Source: Candidatus Marinacidobacterales bacterium (GTDB lineage Bacteria > Acidobacteriota > Vicinamibacteria > Marinacidobacterales > SMYC01). Taken from it: a DNA stretch of 64,000 nucleotides. The translations under genes and the position numbers were made by a program. The DNA lies in contig CBDCYI010000009.1 of NCBI GenBank assembly GCA_965224085.1, positions 544,001-608,000 on the forward strand. Direction: 5' to 3'. Below the pieces are notes generated by a model, which had not been told where the DNA came from, made no database searches, and saw only the letters and a program-made list of their open reading frames with translations. Of this stretch, positions 20,823 to 31,713 are shown one piece after another; the stretch's first letter is position 1; each line of letters begins with the position of its first letter.

Positions 20823-21056
20823 TCAGTTCAGTGAGCAAGAGCCCGGGCCTCGAGGGTCACCGCAAGATCCGCAGGCCCCGGGAGCCTCAGTTGCAGAAGC
20901 AGCTCCGTTTCCACTACTGACTGCAAAGACTGAAAGCTGCTTTTCCAGCTTGTCGCTCTCGCAGGAAGGACAGCGCGGCGCGTCCTCGCTTGAACTCAGG
21001 ACAAGCCACTCAAAACGCTTGTCGCATTCCGAGCAGGCGTATTCGAAGATCGGCAT
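20823..21056 (-). CDS. FmdB-family zinc-ribbon protein
   Basis: MPIFEYACSEC...CPSCES...LEKQLSVF. Confidence 0.9.
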   Translation of the reverse strand: MPIFEYACSECDKRFEWLVLSSSEDAPRCPSCESDKLEKQLSVFAVSSGNGAASATEAPGACGSCGDPRGPGSCSLN

Positions 21057-21360
21057 ATCGAGATTATAGCTCGATTGGACCGTCCAGTTAATCGGAGCAC
21101 CACAGGCTTCCGCGATTCACCGGACCCGCTGTCGAAGCGCGTCCATGGTGGTTAGCCCGGTCTACGTCTGGATGTCGGCATCACGCCGCGCCCAAAGTTC
21201 GAACTGACCTAACCCGTCCTGTGCCAAACTCGAACCTTTTGAAATAGACCACAAATCAGCAGCTTAGACGCCCTTGGAATCCGCGCAGAATCCAGGGTAT
21301 TTCGTGCCGCAGGGCTGACTTCCGACCCATGGGCTGGCGGATGAATAAATAGAAGGCACA

Positions 21361-21604
21361 CCGGCTCGGAGCACACGGTTCTCCTCTTGCAGGTAGTCGA
21401 TCACATCCTGCTGCTGGCGGTTGACCCAGCCAGCTAGAACGAGCAGTAGGAATTGCACGTGGTACGTTATCATGGACCTGAAGATAACACCCTCGGGCCA
21501 GACGATTGTAAAGCCTACGGCCCTTGGCCCCGGCGCAAACACAGACACTAAGCTGCTGATTTATGGCCTATTTCAAAAAGGGCCGAGTTTTGGCACAGGA
21601 CGCG
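21361..21604 (-). mobile_element. Left end and N-terminal codons of an rve-type element
   Basis: CGTCCTGTGCCAAAACTC end leads into MITYHVQFLLLVLAGWVNRQQQDVIDYLQEENRVLR. Confidence 0.75.
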
Positions 21605-21710
21605 GTCATGGGCAAAATAACATCGCGATATTTGCCTCGGACGTAGAGGTCGCGCAGCACGTCATCCGCGATATCCCAGATGAAGTTGGCGATCCAGTTG
21701 AGTCGGCTTC
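21605..21710 (-). pseudogene. Second type I HsdM N-terminal fragment
   Basis: NWIANFIWDIADDVLRDLYVRGKYRDVILPMT. Confidence 0.75.
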
Positions 21711-21794
21711 CCTCCAAGCTCAGACCCTCCCGATATGCTTGGCCTTCAACATAGGGCCTCCTCGCTTCCACTCCCGTCCTGTGCCAAAACTCGG

Positions 21795-21929
21795 CCCCGT
21801 CCTGTCCAAAAACACAAACGAACTCAAGACTGGCGCGCCGGGCCGTCGCCGAGTTTCATCTATCATTATGATGGAGAGCGCAACCATCAAGGGCTTGGCA
21901 ACGCGTTTGTGTTTTTGGACACGACGGGG
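21795..21929. mobile_element. 135-bp miniature element with 26-bp inverted repeats (1 mismatch)
   Basis: CCCCGTCCTGTCCAAAAACACAAACG ... CGTTTGTGTTTTTGGACACGACGGGG; interior encodes [14 protein letters not shown] from an rve transposase. Confidence 0.75.
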
Positions 21930-22176
21930 TTCACTTGTGTTACGGCCCGGTGACTCGCTCACCATCCTCAAGATGGCTTTGTCAGTCAGCTTCATCCGTC
22001 TCGTTTCCTCCACGAACGTGACTCAAGCTACGGGGCGCTAACTTTTTCCCCGGTGGGACTCTCTCCCACTGAACATGCCAGCCTTCGCTGGACGCACTCC
22101 TGTCCCAAAATACAAACGAACCCTCGAAGACTCTATCCACCAAGGGCAGAGTTTTGGCACAGGACGCGTGGCAGGG

Positions 22177-23748
22177 TTAACTGGCCCTGCCCACTGTGCT
22201 TGCGCGCAGCCCCTTCCAGGTGCTGTAGCACATGGCGACCAGCACCAGCGCGAAGGGGAGGCCGGTGGCGAGGGTGGCTGCCTGTGCAGCCACGAGGCCG
22301 CCGCCGAGCAGCAGCGCGATGGCGATGATCCCCTCGAGAACGCACCAGAACACTCGCTGGGCGACTGGCGCATCCAGCTTGCCGCCGGCGGTGATGGTGT
22401 CGATGACCAGGGATCCAGAGTCGGAGGATGTGACGAAGAACACCACAATCAGCACGATGCCGAGGAACGACGTGATGTTCGCAAGCGGCAGCGTCTCCAG
22501 CATCGTAAACAGGGCTATCTCCGGCTGCTGCGCCTGCACCGCCGCGATCACCTCGGGATGACCGTGGTCAACGTACTGCGATACCGCAGTCCCGCCGAAG
22601 GCGTTCATCCAGATCGCGGCAACCAGCGTCGGGATGATCAGCATGCATGCAGTCAGCTCGCGCACCGTCCGGCCGCGCGAGACCCGCGCGATAAACAAAC
22701 CGACGAACGGGGACCATGAAATCCACCAGGCCCAGAAAAAGACAGTCCAGCCGTGCATGAAGTCGAGATCCTCTCGGCCCACCCAGTTGCTGAGGGGGCC
22801 GATCGCCGCGAGATACTGGCCGAGGCTGGTCACGGTGCCGGTGACAATGTCGAGCGTCGGTCCGACCGTCAGCATGAACGCCAGCAGTAGCAGGGCGAGC
22901 AGCAGGTTGGCCTCGCTCAGCCGCTTGACCCCCTTCTCCATCCCGCTAACAACCGACGCCAGCGCCATGCTGGTAATGCCGACGATCAGCAGCACCTGGG
23001 TGGTGGTGGTGTTGGTCGCCGGCGCGCCAAACAGGTGGGCCAGCCCCGCCGCCGCCTGTTGGGCACCCAGGCCGAGCGACGTGGCCAGCCCAAAGAGCGT
23101 GGCGAAGACGGCGAGGGTGTCGATGCCGTGGCCGAACCGGCCCCACACCGCATCCCCCATGAGCGGATAGAACGCCGACCGTAGTGTCATCGGCAGGCCG
23201 AGGTTGTACGATGCGAAGGCAATCCCCAGCGCCACCACTGCGTACATGGCCCACCCATGGATTCCCCAGTGGTAGATGGCGCTGGCCAAGCCGAGGTGGG
23301 CTGCCGCCGTGTCGGTCGCCTTGAGACCGAGCGGCGGTTGCAGGAAGTGCTCCACCGGCTCCGACACCCCGAAGAACATCAGGCCGATGCCTATCCCGGC
23401 AGCGAACAGCATGGCGAACCAAGCAGAGCGGGAGTAGTCCGGCCGGGCATCCGCGCCGCCCAGGCGCACGCGGCCGAGCGGCGTTACCACCAACATCAGG
23501 CAGAAGAGCACGAAGAGGTTGCCCGCGCTCATGAACACCCAGTCGAAGGTCGACATGAGCCATGCGCGCAGCGCCCCGAAGGCGGCCGCCGCACCGGCCT
23601 GGAACACTAGCACGCCTGAAACGAACGCGATGATGGTCAGACTGGAGACGACGAAGACCGGATTGTGGATGTCGAGGCCGAGGAGTTGGACGTTGTCCTG
23701 ACCCAGCTTGTAGTCGATCTTCGAGACCTCAGCCATATGGTGTTGCAA
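22177..23748 (-). CDS. BCCT-family (betaine/choline/carnitine) transporter
   Basis: WFAMLFAAGIGIGLMFFG, HWGIHGW, WTVFFWAWWISWSPFVG, FFVTSSDSG. Confidence 0.95.
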   Translation of the reverse strand: MQHHMAEVSKIDYKLGQDNVQLLGLDIHNPVFVVSSLTIIAFVSGVLVFQAGAAAAFGALRAWLMSTFDWVFMSAGNLFVLFCLMLVVTPLGRVRLGGADARPDYSRSAWFAMLFAAGIGIGLMFFGVSEPVEHFLQPPLGLKATDTAAAHLGLASAIYHWGIHGWAMYAVVALGIAFASYNLGLPMTLRSAFYPLMGDAVWGRFGHGIDTLAVFATLFGLATSLGLGAQQAAAGLAHLFGAPATNTTTTQVLLIVGITSMALASVVSGMEKGVKRLSEANLLLALLLLAFMLTVGPTLDIVTGTVTSLGQYLAAIGPLSNWVGREDLDFMHGWTVFFWAWWISWSPFVGLFIARVSRGRTVRELTACMLIIPTLVAAIWMNAFGGTAVSQYVDHGHPEVIAAVQAQQPEIALFTMLETLPLANITSFLGIVLIVVFFVTSSDSGSLVIDTITAGGKLDAPVAQRVFWCVLEGIIAIALLLGGGLVAAQAATLATGLPFALVLVAMCYSTWKGLRASTVGRAS

Positions 23749-25413
23749 TAGCGTTTTACCATGCGGAGGCTTTTGTTTCTACCCTCGACCGGGCCTTTCG
23801 TGAATAGTCCGGGCTAGCCGGCGCGGAACCGCAGGTGCTTGCTCCGTTTACTGTTGCCGGCTCGTCCACGTCGTCGTGCGAGGACAGCTGTGCTCCGCAA
23901 TAAGTCTATCCAGTGTCGATTGCTCGGTTTAGACCTGCCAAGTTCGGACGCTTCTGGCCGGTTTTCTTTTTTGCGGATCACAACCCCGGTGGTGCGGACA
24001 TCGAGCCACATTTCCGCAGTCGGATGAGAGCGCGAACAAATGACGAAATCATGCGGGCATGGTGCCGGCAGACCGGAGACTAATCAAGTTCGCGCGCGCG
24101 GATGAATAAATAGAAGGCACAACATCCGTGATGAGCTCATTGTACGCGTGGCGCGAGAGAACCCGACGTGGGGATATACGCGCCTGCGGGGCGCACCCAA
24201 GAACCTCAAACACAGACACTAAGCTGCTGATTTATGGGGCTATTTCAAAAGGGCCGAGTTTTGGCACAGGACGGGAACGATTTCGTCCCACGCCGCCGCC
24301 CGGGCTTCCCTCGACCGCACCGCCATCAGCACCATGAACTCGAAGGCCAGCTTTGTCCCGTTCTACGCCTGCGGGGCACGCACGGCTGCGAGTGCGCCAG
24401 CTACTTCGCCAGCGGGAGAACTCGCATGTGTCAAACCAGAACGGGGCGTTTCGGTAGCGCGGCGGTGCTGGCCTCGCCGGCCGGGTTGTCAACGCGACAG
24501 CTCTGCATCGACACCACTGGACTCAAGCCCGCCGGCCAAAGATCTTGCGGTACAGGTATCGGTTTGTCAGTTGGCAGGTATGCGGACGGCCAGCGACCTG
24601 GTGGTACAATCGTTATTGGTTCCTGTCGTCGGGAAGAGGAAGCTGGCTAGCACGGATTGATGATAGGTGTGATGAAGAACGCTCGGTATCGGATGCCAGT
24701 CATTTCACCGCTGCACGATGTCGAGGTTCCCAAGCATCTGGATCTCTACAAGGAGCACGGAGTGGGCGTTATTACCATTACGCGCGCAAACAGCAGGGTG
24801 CTATATATGGCCAAGCTGAAGGCCAAGTCTCCACCAACCGCTGCTCAACTGCGCAAGCGGCGTGATCTCATGGAGCCCTTTGCGGCAGAGCAAGAATGCC
24901 CTGACTGCCAGGTACAAGTTATTTTGAACAAAGATGACGAACCTAGTTGCACCAACTGCCAGACGATCTTCTACCCGCCGCCGAGTGCGTATCTAACACA
25001 CCTTGCCGGCAGTTATTTAGATGCCAAGCGCGATGTCCGGCACAGGTCCGTTTGGTCGTACAATGTCGCTCTTTGGCAGCAGCTCTCTGGACCCGATTTC
25101 GAAGAACTCGATTCTCGGCCACAAGATACTCGTTGTGCAGGAGCAACTCCTCATCCACAGATCCTGAGATCTAGCTCAGCATGGTCTTCCAGTCCATCGC
25201 GGCTCCTTCCGCTGAACTGGAATACGTATCCGACCGCGATGGCGGATTCAAGTGGTCCTTGGAAAGGTGCAAACTGCTGACCTGCTGAGCCTTCGAGTAT
25301 TTTGACCGGACGGGCATCAGATCGCCGACCAGTTCGTCATCCCGGCGGTGCCGCTCCGCCGGCAACCGGACGACGAGGAGAGTACAAGCGCGCTCAGCGA
25401 CGCTACAGCGGTG

Positions 25414-26328
25414 CTACCGCAGCCGGTCGAAGAACGCGAGGCACCTGCGCGCGAGCGGCTTACGGCGGCCCTTCTCGGTGAGCACGCCGACATAGTGGTT
25501 GTCGAACTCGACAAACCCGTCGCCGAGTGCGACCAGTGCGCCGCTCTCCAGCGACCGCTCGATCAAGTACCGCCAGCCCAGCGCGATGCCCTGCCCGGCG
25601 GCGGCAGCTTCCAGCACGTAGGTATAGCAGTCGAAGCCGACGCGGCGCGGCACCCGCTCCGGGCGTCCGGCGCGCGCGAACCAGTCCTCCCATGTCGCCC
25701 AGCCCTCATTGGGCCGCAGCAGGTCGAGAAACGTCAGCCCGCTCCAGCCGGCGACAGGTCCGGCGAGGGTTTGCGCGTGGGCGGCGGCGTACGCGGGCGA
25801 GCAGACAGGCCGGACCGCCTCCCTGTGGACCAACACCCGGTCTTCCGGGGCGACATCCGGCAGATTCCACGCCATCAGGAGGTCGGCTGACGGGTGGGGC
25901 GGCAGGTCCTGGATGTAGTGGTGGTAGGTAAGGATGCGGATCCTGACGCCGTCGCCGAGCACCTTCCGAAGGGCGTCGTAGCACGGCATGATGAGGAAGT
26001 GAGACGCCTCGTGGGAGCAGGCGATGACGACCTGCTCGGCTTGGGACAGCTCGGCGGCCTCGGCGGCGCCGCGGTGAATGGCCGCGAGCCCGGCCGCGAC
26101 GCCGTCGCGCAAGCGTCTGCCGGCCTCGGTCAAGGTCACGCCGGTGCGGGAGCGTTCGAACAGGCGCGCCGACAGCCACGTCTCGAGCTTGGCGATCTGG
26201 CGGCTTACGGCCGCCTGCGAGGTACGCAGCTCGCGCGCCGCCCGGGTGAAGTTAGCGTGGCGTGCTGCGCTCTCGAAGGTGATCAGGGCGTTGGCGGGAG
26301 GAATCCGGTAGGGGTTACGGGCAGACAT
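25414..26328 (-). CDS. LysR-family transcriptional regulator (GcvA-like)
   Basis: FESAARHANFTRAARELRTSQAAVSRQI HTH; AAAGQGIALGW. Confidence 0.92.
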   Translation of the reverse strand: MSARNPYRIPPANALITFESAARHANFTRAARELRTSQAAVSRQIAKLETWLSARLFERSRTGVTLTEAGRRLRDGVAAGLAAIHRGAAEAAELSQAEQVVIACSHEASHFLIMPCYDALRKVLGDGVRIRILTYHHYIQDLPPHPSADLLMAWNLPDVAPEDRVLVHREAVRPVCSPAYAAAHAQTLAGPVAGWSGLTFLDLLRPNEGWATWEDWFARAGRPERVPRRVGFDCYTYVLEAAAAGQGIALGWRYLIERSLESGALVALGDGFVEFDNHYVGVLTEKGRRKPLARRCLAFFDRLR

Positions 26329-26342
26329 TACTAATTAGGCAT

Positions 26343-26359
26343 CATACCATATCTTTATG
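26343..26359. promoter_or_regulatory. Putative LysR box (T-N11-A)
   Basis: CATA-N9-TATG palindrome 15-31 bp upstream of the LysR start. Confidence 0.5.
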
Positions 26360-26631
26360 AAATGTAAAACGCGCGGGAGGTACGGCGCAACCGCCCCGAA
26401 TAATCGGGGACTTATAACGATTGATTGACAAATGGACACAAGAGGTTGAGGACTATGATAAATGGCCTGCGCTGAAAATGTGGGAAGCTCCTGTGAGGGA
26501 TATACTCATCGGAGAGGCGGAAGGCCTTGAATTTTATAAAGTGTTGGCGCGACTGGCGGTAACACCCCTATCTGGCCCTACAGGGCGAGGCGAAGAGGTT
26601 TCAACTGTTGCAGATGTTGAGAAGCTAATTA

Positions 26632-28315
26632 GTACCCGTCCTGGCGGACGTAAGAGGTTGAGAAAAAGGGAGTAATCGCAAATTTAGGGCTAGTCTTCTG
26701 AGGGGTTGTCGCTTAGAATCGAAGTCGTCAAAAACAAGAGTCTAAACGACTTAACTCCAAAGGAGACCAGCCCTAAATGCGAAAAACAATCATTCCACAA
26801 CCAAGCCTATGCGAGCCCTGGCTGGAGGTGGAGCACGCGCGCGAGCTCGAAGCGATCTCGTCGGTGCTCGATGCCCATCCTAAGCTCAATGAGTTGGTAC
26901 TGCAAGACCTGAGGTCGGTCACCCCATCGGCAGGGAGCGATGTTGGTCGTGGGGGAATGAGCGCGGAGCAGGTTCTCCGGGCGTTGTTGGTCAAGCAGCT
27001 GAATCAGTTCACCTATCGGGAGCTGGCGTTTCACTTGGCAGACTCTCGAAGCTATCGGACGTTTTGCCAGCTCGGCATCATAGAGCCGAGCCCGTCGAAG
27101 TCGACCCTAGCAGCAAACATCAAAGCCGTGAAGTTCGAAACGCTGGAGAAAATCAACCGAGAGTTGGTGAGTGTTGCCGAGAAGACCGCGATCGAAAAAG
27201 GAAGAAAAGTACGAGTGGACTGCACGGTAGTGGAGTCGAATATTCATTCTCCTACGGACTCCGAGCTTCTTTATGACTGCGTCCGAGTTCTCACTCGCCT
27301 CATGTGCCGAACTCGCGAACTGCTGGGTACAGTAGTGGTCTTCGGCAATCGAACGCGTCGAGCGAAGAGACGTCGACTGGGAGTTCTAAACGCGAAGGAT
27401 AAGGAACAAAGGCGTCGCGTCTATCGAGATCTACTGAAGGTGTCGGAAGAAACCTATCGCTCCGCTCAACGCGTTGCAGACCAGTTGGACGAGTCCGGCT
27501 TGACCGAGCCGGTGAAGCGAGCGAGTGCGGAGAAGATCGCCGCGGATTTTAAGCACTTTCTCGTCCTCACCGAAAAAGTCATCAACCAAACTCGGCGTAG
27601 AGTGATTGATGAAGAGCGTGTGCCTGCGGAGGAAAAGGTCGTTTCGATCTTCGAAGAACACACCGACATTATTCGCAAAGACCGGCGCGAGACTCTCTAC
27701 GGTCACAAGGTGTGTTTGACTGGTGGCTCGTCCTCGATGATTTTGGATTGCGTGATCTTGGATGGGAATCCGTCCGATTCAACTCTCGCGGAAACCATGA
27801 TCGACCGTCAAGTCGAACTCTACGAACGGGCCCCGCGCCAGGTTGCCTACGATGGCGCGTTTTCTTCAAAGGCAAACTTGGAAGCCATCAAAGGCAAGGG
27901 AGTTGAAGATGTTGCCTTTACCAAGGCTCACTTCGCGGTGACCGATATGGTCAAGAGTTCCTGGGTCTATCAACGCCTACGGCGATTTCGCTGCGGAATC
28001 GAAGGCGTCATTTCGTTCTTGAAACGAGTCTTTGGTCTCGACCGATGCACATGGCGCTCATTGCCTTCTTTCAAATCCTACGTATGGAGTTCCATCATCA
28101 CCTGCAACCTGTTGGTAATGGCAAGGCACCTATTACGATAATAATGATTGCTCTTACTGCGTTTATAGCCATGGATTGCTGACGATTCGCCTCTCGTTTC
28201 GTCCAAGATTTTCATTCGCTTCCGAGCCTACGAGGTGCCGACTGAAAACGTATAATACCCACACCTTCGATAGGCCTCTCGTACACCACAAGTTATGGTG
28301 TTTCTGGACAGGAAC
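26632..28315 (+). mobile_element. ISNCY/IS5-like insertion sequence, copy 2
   Basis: Ends GTACCCGTCC / GGACAGGAAC; 6-bp duplication TAATTA at 26626-26631 and 28316-28321. Confidence 0.9.
26777..28141 (+). CDS. ISNCY-type DDE transposase
   Basis: 454 aa, near-identical to 10537-11901. Confidence 0.9.
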   Translation: MRKTIIPQPSLCEPWLEVEHARELEAISSVLDAHPKLNELVLQDLRSVTPSAGSDVGRGGMSAEQVLRALLVKQLNQFTYRELAFHLADSRSYRTFCQLGIIEPSPSKSTLAANIKAVKFETLEKINRELVSVAEKTAIEKGRKVRVDCTVVESNIHSPTDSELLYDCVRVLTRLMCRTRELLGTVVVFGNRTRRAKRRRLGVLNAKDKEQRRRVYRDLLKVSEETYRSAQRVADQLDESGLTEPVKRASAEKIAADFKHFLVLTEKVINQTRRRVIDEERVPAEEKVVSIFEEHTDIIRKDRRETLYGHKVCLTGGSSSMILDCVILDGNPSDSTLAETMIDRQVELYERAPRQVAYDGAFSSKANLEAIKGKGVEDVAFTKAHFAVTDMVKSSWVYQRLRRFRCGIEGVISFLKRVFGLDRCTWRSLPSFKSYVWSSIITCNLLVMARHLLR

Positions 28316-28502
28316 TAATTAAGAAAGGCAATGTCCTTTTCGATCTGCTTCCAGACCCTTCATTTGTCAATCAATCGTTATAAGTCCCAATAATCGCCGC
28401 TATAAGAGGCTGTTTGCGTGCGCTTTCTTGGTTACGGGTGCTGCAGATAATCCCAGTATATGCCATTTGACTTTGATATGATGATATGACCGCTTAGAGG
28501 TA

Positions 28503-28530
28503 TTCATACCTACCCGGCCATTGCTATAAT
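28503..28530 (+). promoter_or_regulatory. Putative sigma70 extended -10 promoter for the TonB-dependent receptor
   Basis: TGc-TATAAT at 28522-28530; TTCATA 16 bp upstream of the -10. Confidence 0.4.
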
Positions 28531-28802
28531 GATTTCTCCGAGCGTCCCGGTACTTCCTCCGCGCGGTCGGACTGCACCCCCGGATCTCACACGACGCAGT
28601 GTTGGCGAAGGATCGATGCGGACTGGAAAGGCGGAATTCGATGCTGAGAAACGCGAGAACGAAGATCATGATCGGATGCAAGCGCGCACGGAGACGAGAC
28701 CACAGCACCACGCGCGGAACTGGCTGTTCATCGCGCGTAGCGGTCGCTCCGTCCACCGCTTGCAGCGAACACACTCGGGCGGCCTTACCCCAATGCGCTC
28801 GC

Positions 28803-31421
28803 ATGAAGGCAATGACACCGAACGCATGCCATCCTGTTCGAGTCGTCATCGCTGCCGCGCTGTTGTCGTTGTCGGCCACGGCGACGCCAGCCGCCCAAGC
28901 GACTGGAGCAATCGAAGGCGCCGTCGTCGACGCGAACGGAAATCCGCTGCCCGGCGTGATGGTGACGGTGACCGGTCCCGGCGTGCGCGCGCAAATTGTG
29001 ACGGAAGCCGACGGCGCCTACGCGGCCGCCGACCTGGCGACTGGCGACTACGTTGTCACGGCGGTATTGCCGGGGTTCGAGACCGCGGAGATCCCGGTCT
29101 TCGTCCGGGCGCGCGCCACCGAGACGGTCCCGGTCGTTCTGCAGATCACCCGGCTGCTTGAATCGGTCACCGTCGTGGCGGAGGAACCGCGCATCTTCGC
29201 CACCAACGTCGTGGCCGAGCCGATGATGCTGCAGCAGTCGAACATCACCGCCGTGACGTCGGTGGTAGACAACCTCCCCGGCGTGTCGGTCCAGGAGGGC
29301 GACGCGTACGGCTTCGACGACTGGTCCAGCAACGTCGCCATGCGCGGCTTCCAGGTGACCATCAACGAGGCGCAGATCGGCACCACCATCGACGGCTTTC
29401 CCAACGGCACCTCCGACTACTGGAGCGGTTCGAAGGCGAACCGGTTCATCGACCCGATGAACCTCGGCGGCGTCGAGGTGTCGCAGGGAACGGCCGACAT
29501 TGCCTCGCGGTCGGTCGAGGCGCTGGGCGGCACGTTCAACTACCTCACCGACGATCCGGCCGCGGAGCGGACCTACACCGCGTCTGCCACGATTGGCGAG
29601 AACGAAGGTGAGCGGTTCTCCATGCGGTTTGATACCGGACCGATGTTCGGCCCCGAGACGCGCGCGTGGATCGCCGCGGTCCGCCAGGAGGCGACCGACT
29701 GGGTCGAGGGCTCCGCGCGGAACGAGCGGGAGCATGTCGCCGCCAAGCTCGTCTCGTCGCACGGGCGCCTTGACCTCACCAGCTACTTCTCGTACGACAG
29801 CATCCACGAGGACGTTTACCAGCGGCTTTACAGCGCGGGCGACTTCGAGGCCAACCCGCGCTGGGACCGCTTGCTCGGCGAATGGCCCGGCGTGCCATAC
29901 CTGAACCAGTTCTACCGCCCCGGCTGGCAGACCCGCCGCAATAACACGTTCGCCTACCTCAAGGCGGACTGGTCTTTCAGCGATGCCACCTCGCTGAGCC
30001 TGGGAACGTACTACCATGGCCTTAGAGGCCGCGGCGACTGGTTGCCCCCCTACATCGTCGACATTACCGACGACGGCGGCGGACCGGAATCGGAGCTGAT
30101 GGGCGGGATGCCGGTACGGGGCGGGTCGCAGCCCGGGCTGATCCGCTTCGTCGACCGGGACGGGGTCGCCGTCGGACCGGCGCCGGGGTGCACGTCGTCC
30201 TACATCTTCAATTACTACGGCTCGGGCGGCCCGGCGGTCGACCCGGCCTGCCACCCGGGCGCCACCGCTGTGCAGTCGTACCGCCACAGCCACTACGGCA
30301 AGGACCGCTTCGGCGTGACGCTCGACGAGGAGTGGTTCACCACCATCGGCGCGGCCGGCAGCGCGCTGCGCGCCGGTATCTGGTACGAGGACTCGCGCCG
30401 CGACCTGGGCCGCGACTGGCATCAAATACTGGATCCGACGATCAGTTTCAACTGGAACGAGCAGGCCTACTGGCACCAGTACGAGTGGGACTTTCCGCAA
30501 CAAGTCTTCAAGTGGTACGTGGAGGAGACAATCTTCGCCGGCCCGTTCGCCCTCAGCGGCGGTGTCAAGCAGTACTTGGTCGGCGTCTCGCGCGAGGACC
30601 TGTTCAACGTCGATCCGGAACTGTCGGTCAATTCCGATTCGAATCTGCTCTTCTCCGGCGGCATCACGTACAAGACGCCGCTCGAAGGCCTCGACCTCTT
30701 TGCGGGCTATTCTCAGAACTTCAAGGCGATCAGCAGCTTGCTGCTCGAGGTGCCGGGCCGGAGCCTGGACCTGCTCGAGCCCGAGACCGCCTCGAACGTC
30801 GACGTCGGGCTGCAGTACGCGGGGGAACGGCTGGCGCTGAGCGCCACCTGGTACACCATCGACTTTCAGAACCGGATCTTCTACCTCGGCGCGCAGACGC
30901 CCACCGGTCCCAATTACCTCATCCCGGGCGGCGGCGCCTACTTCAACGCGGGCGGCATCGACACGAGCGGCATCGAGCTCTCCGCGACGGTGGAGCTGCC
31001 GCGCCAGGCGTCGTTCTACACCGCTTTCACGTTCAACGACTCGGAGTACCTGGGGACCGGCGATCCGCTGGTCGACGCGAGCCAGGGCATCATGGCGGGG
31101 ACCGACGTCACCGGCGTACCGGAGCGGCTCTGGGTCGTCTCGCTCGACCGCAGCGGTCCCATCGGCGGGGGGCTGACCGCCAAGTACACATCGTCGCGGC
31201 GCGTAAGCCTGACGTCGGACTGGTACGCGGACGCCTACTGGCTGGTGGACGCCTATGTCAGCTTTTCCGGCGAGGCGCTGAGCGATCTGCTGCGCTCGAC
31301 GGAGTTCTCGATCGTGGCCAACAACCTGCTCGACAAGGCGTATCTCTCCGCCATCACCGAGAACGCCGCTTGGCTCGGGGCGCCGCGGACGGTCTCGATG
31401 ACCGCAACCGTCTCGTTCTGA
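28803..31421 (+). CDS. TonB-dependent receptor with carboxypeptidase-regulatory-like N domain
   Basis: Signal peptide, GAIEGAVVDANGNPLPGV, plug (NLPGVSV), LEPET, NNLLDKAY and terminal F; start 28803 or 28812. Confidence 0.93.
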   Translation: MKAMTPNACHPVRVVIAAALLSLSATATPAAQATGAIEGAVVDANGNPLPGVMVTVTGPGVRAQIVTEADGAYAAADLATGDYVVTAVLPGFETAEIPVFVRARATETVPVVLQITRLLESVTVVAEEPRIFATNVVAEPMMLQQSNITAVTSVVDNLPGVSVQEGDAYGFDDWSSNVAMRGFQVTINEAQIGTTIDGFPNGTSDYWSGSKANRFIDPMNLGGVEVSQGTADIASRSVEALGGTFNYLTDDPAAERTYTASATIGENEGERFSMRFDTGPMFGPETRAWIAAVRQEATDWVEGSARNEREHVAAKLVSSHGRLDLTSYFSYDSIHEDVYQRLYSAGDFEANPRWDRLLGEWPGVPYLNQFYRPGWQTRRNNTFAYLKADWSFSDATSLSLGTYYHGLRGRGDWLPPYIVDITDDGGGPESELMGGMPVRGGSQPGLIRFVDRDGVAVGPAPGCTSSYIFNYYGSGGPAVDPACHPGATAVQSYRHSHYGKDRFGVTLDEEWFTTIGAAGSALRAGIWYEDSRRDLGRDWHQILDPTISFNWNEQAYWHQYEWDFPQQVFKWYVEETIFAGPFALSGGVKQYLVGVSREDLFNVDPELSVNSDSNLLFSGGITYKTPLEGLDLFAGYSQNFKAISSLLLEVPGRSLDLLEPETASNVDVGLQYAGERLALSATWYTIDFQNRIFYLGAQTPTGPNYLIPGGGAYFNAGGIDTSGIELSATVELPRQASFYTAFTFNDSEYLGTGDPLVDASQGIMAGTDVTGVPERLWVVSLDRSGPIGGGLTAKYTSSRRVSLTSDWYADAYWLVDAYVSFSGEALSDLLRSTEFSIVANNLLDKAYLSAITENAAWLGAPRTVSMTATVSF

Positions 31422-31713
31422 CTTGGCGGCTCTGGAGTGGCTCGCTAAGACGGTAAACGATCCGGTCCAGGCACGGCCTTGATAGTCCCGTAGATTCCCG
31501 TTGAAAAAGTGGGAATCGACGAGGGAACCACGACTGGAGGACTCAAGACAAGCCATTTATTTTTAAAGGTTTACGGAAACTCAGCAACTCACGCTGCCAG
31601 AGCACCGAGTGCAGACCAATGCCGAGTGAGAACACCGGCGAACAGCAATGCCTGTGCTCCGCAAAAAGTCTATCCAGCGTTGATTGCGCGTTTTAGACTT
31701 GCCATGGTCCGCT

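Larger units (their letters stand above)
26407..28388. mobile_element. 292-bp miniature element with perfect 28-bp inverted repeats and 8-bp target duplication, interrupted by ISNCY copy 2
   Basis: GGGACTTATAACGATTGATTGACAAATG at 26407 and its reverse complement at 28361-28388; AATAATCG at 26399-26406 and 28389-28396. Confidence 0.9.

Noticed and set aside
28785-31556. 923-aa minus-strand ORF
   Set aside because: Antisense shadow of the GC-rich TonB receptor; no motifs. The same applies to 41569-43410 (alternate frame of the symporter) and 54277-55548.
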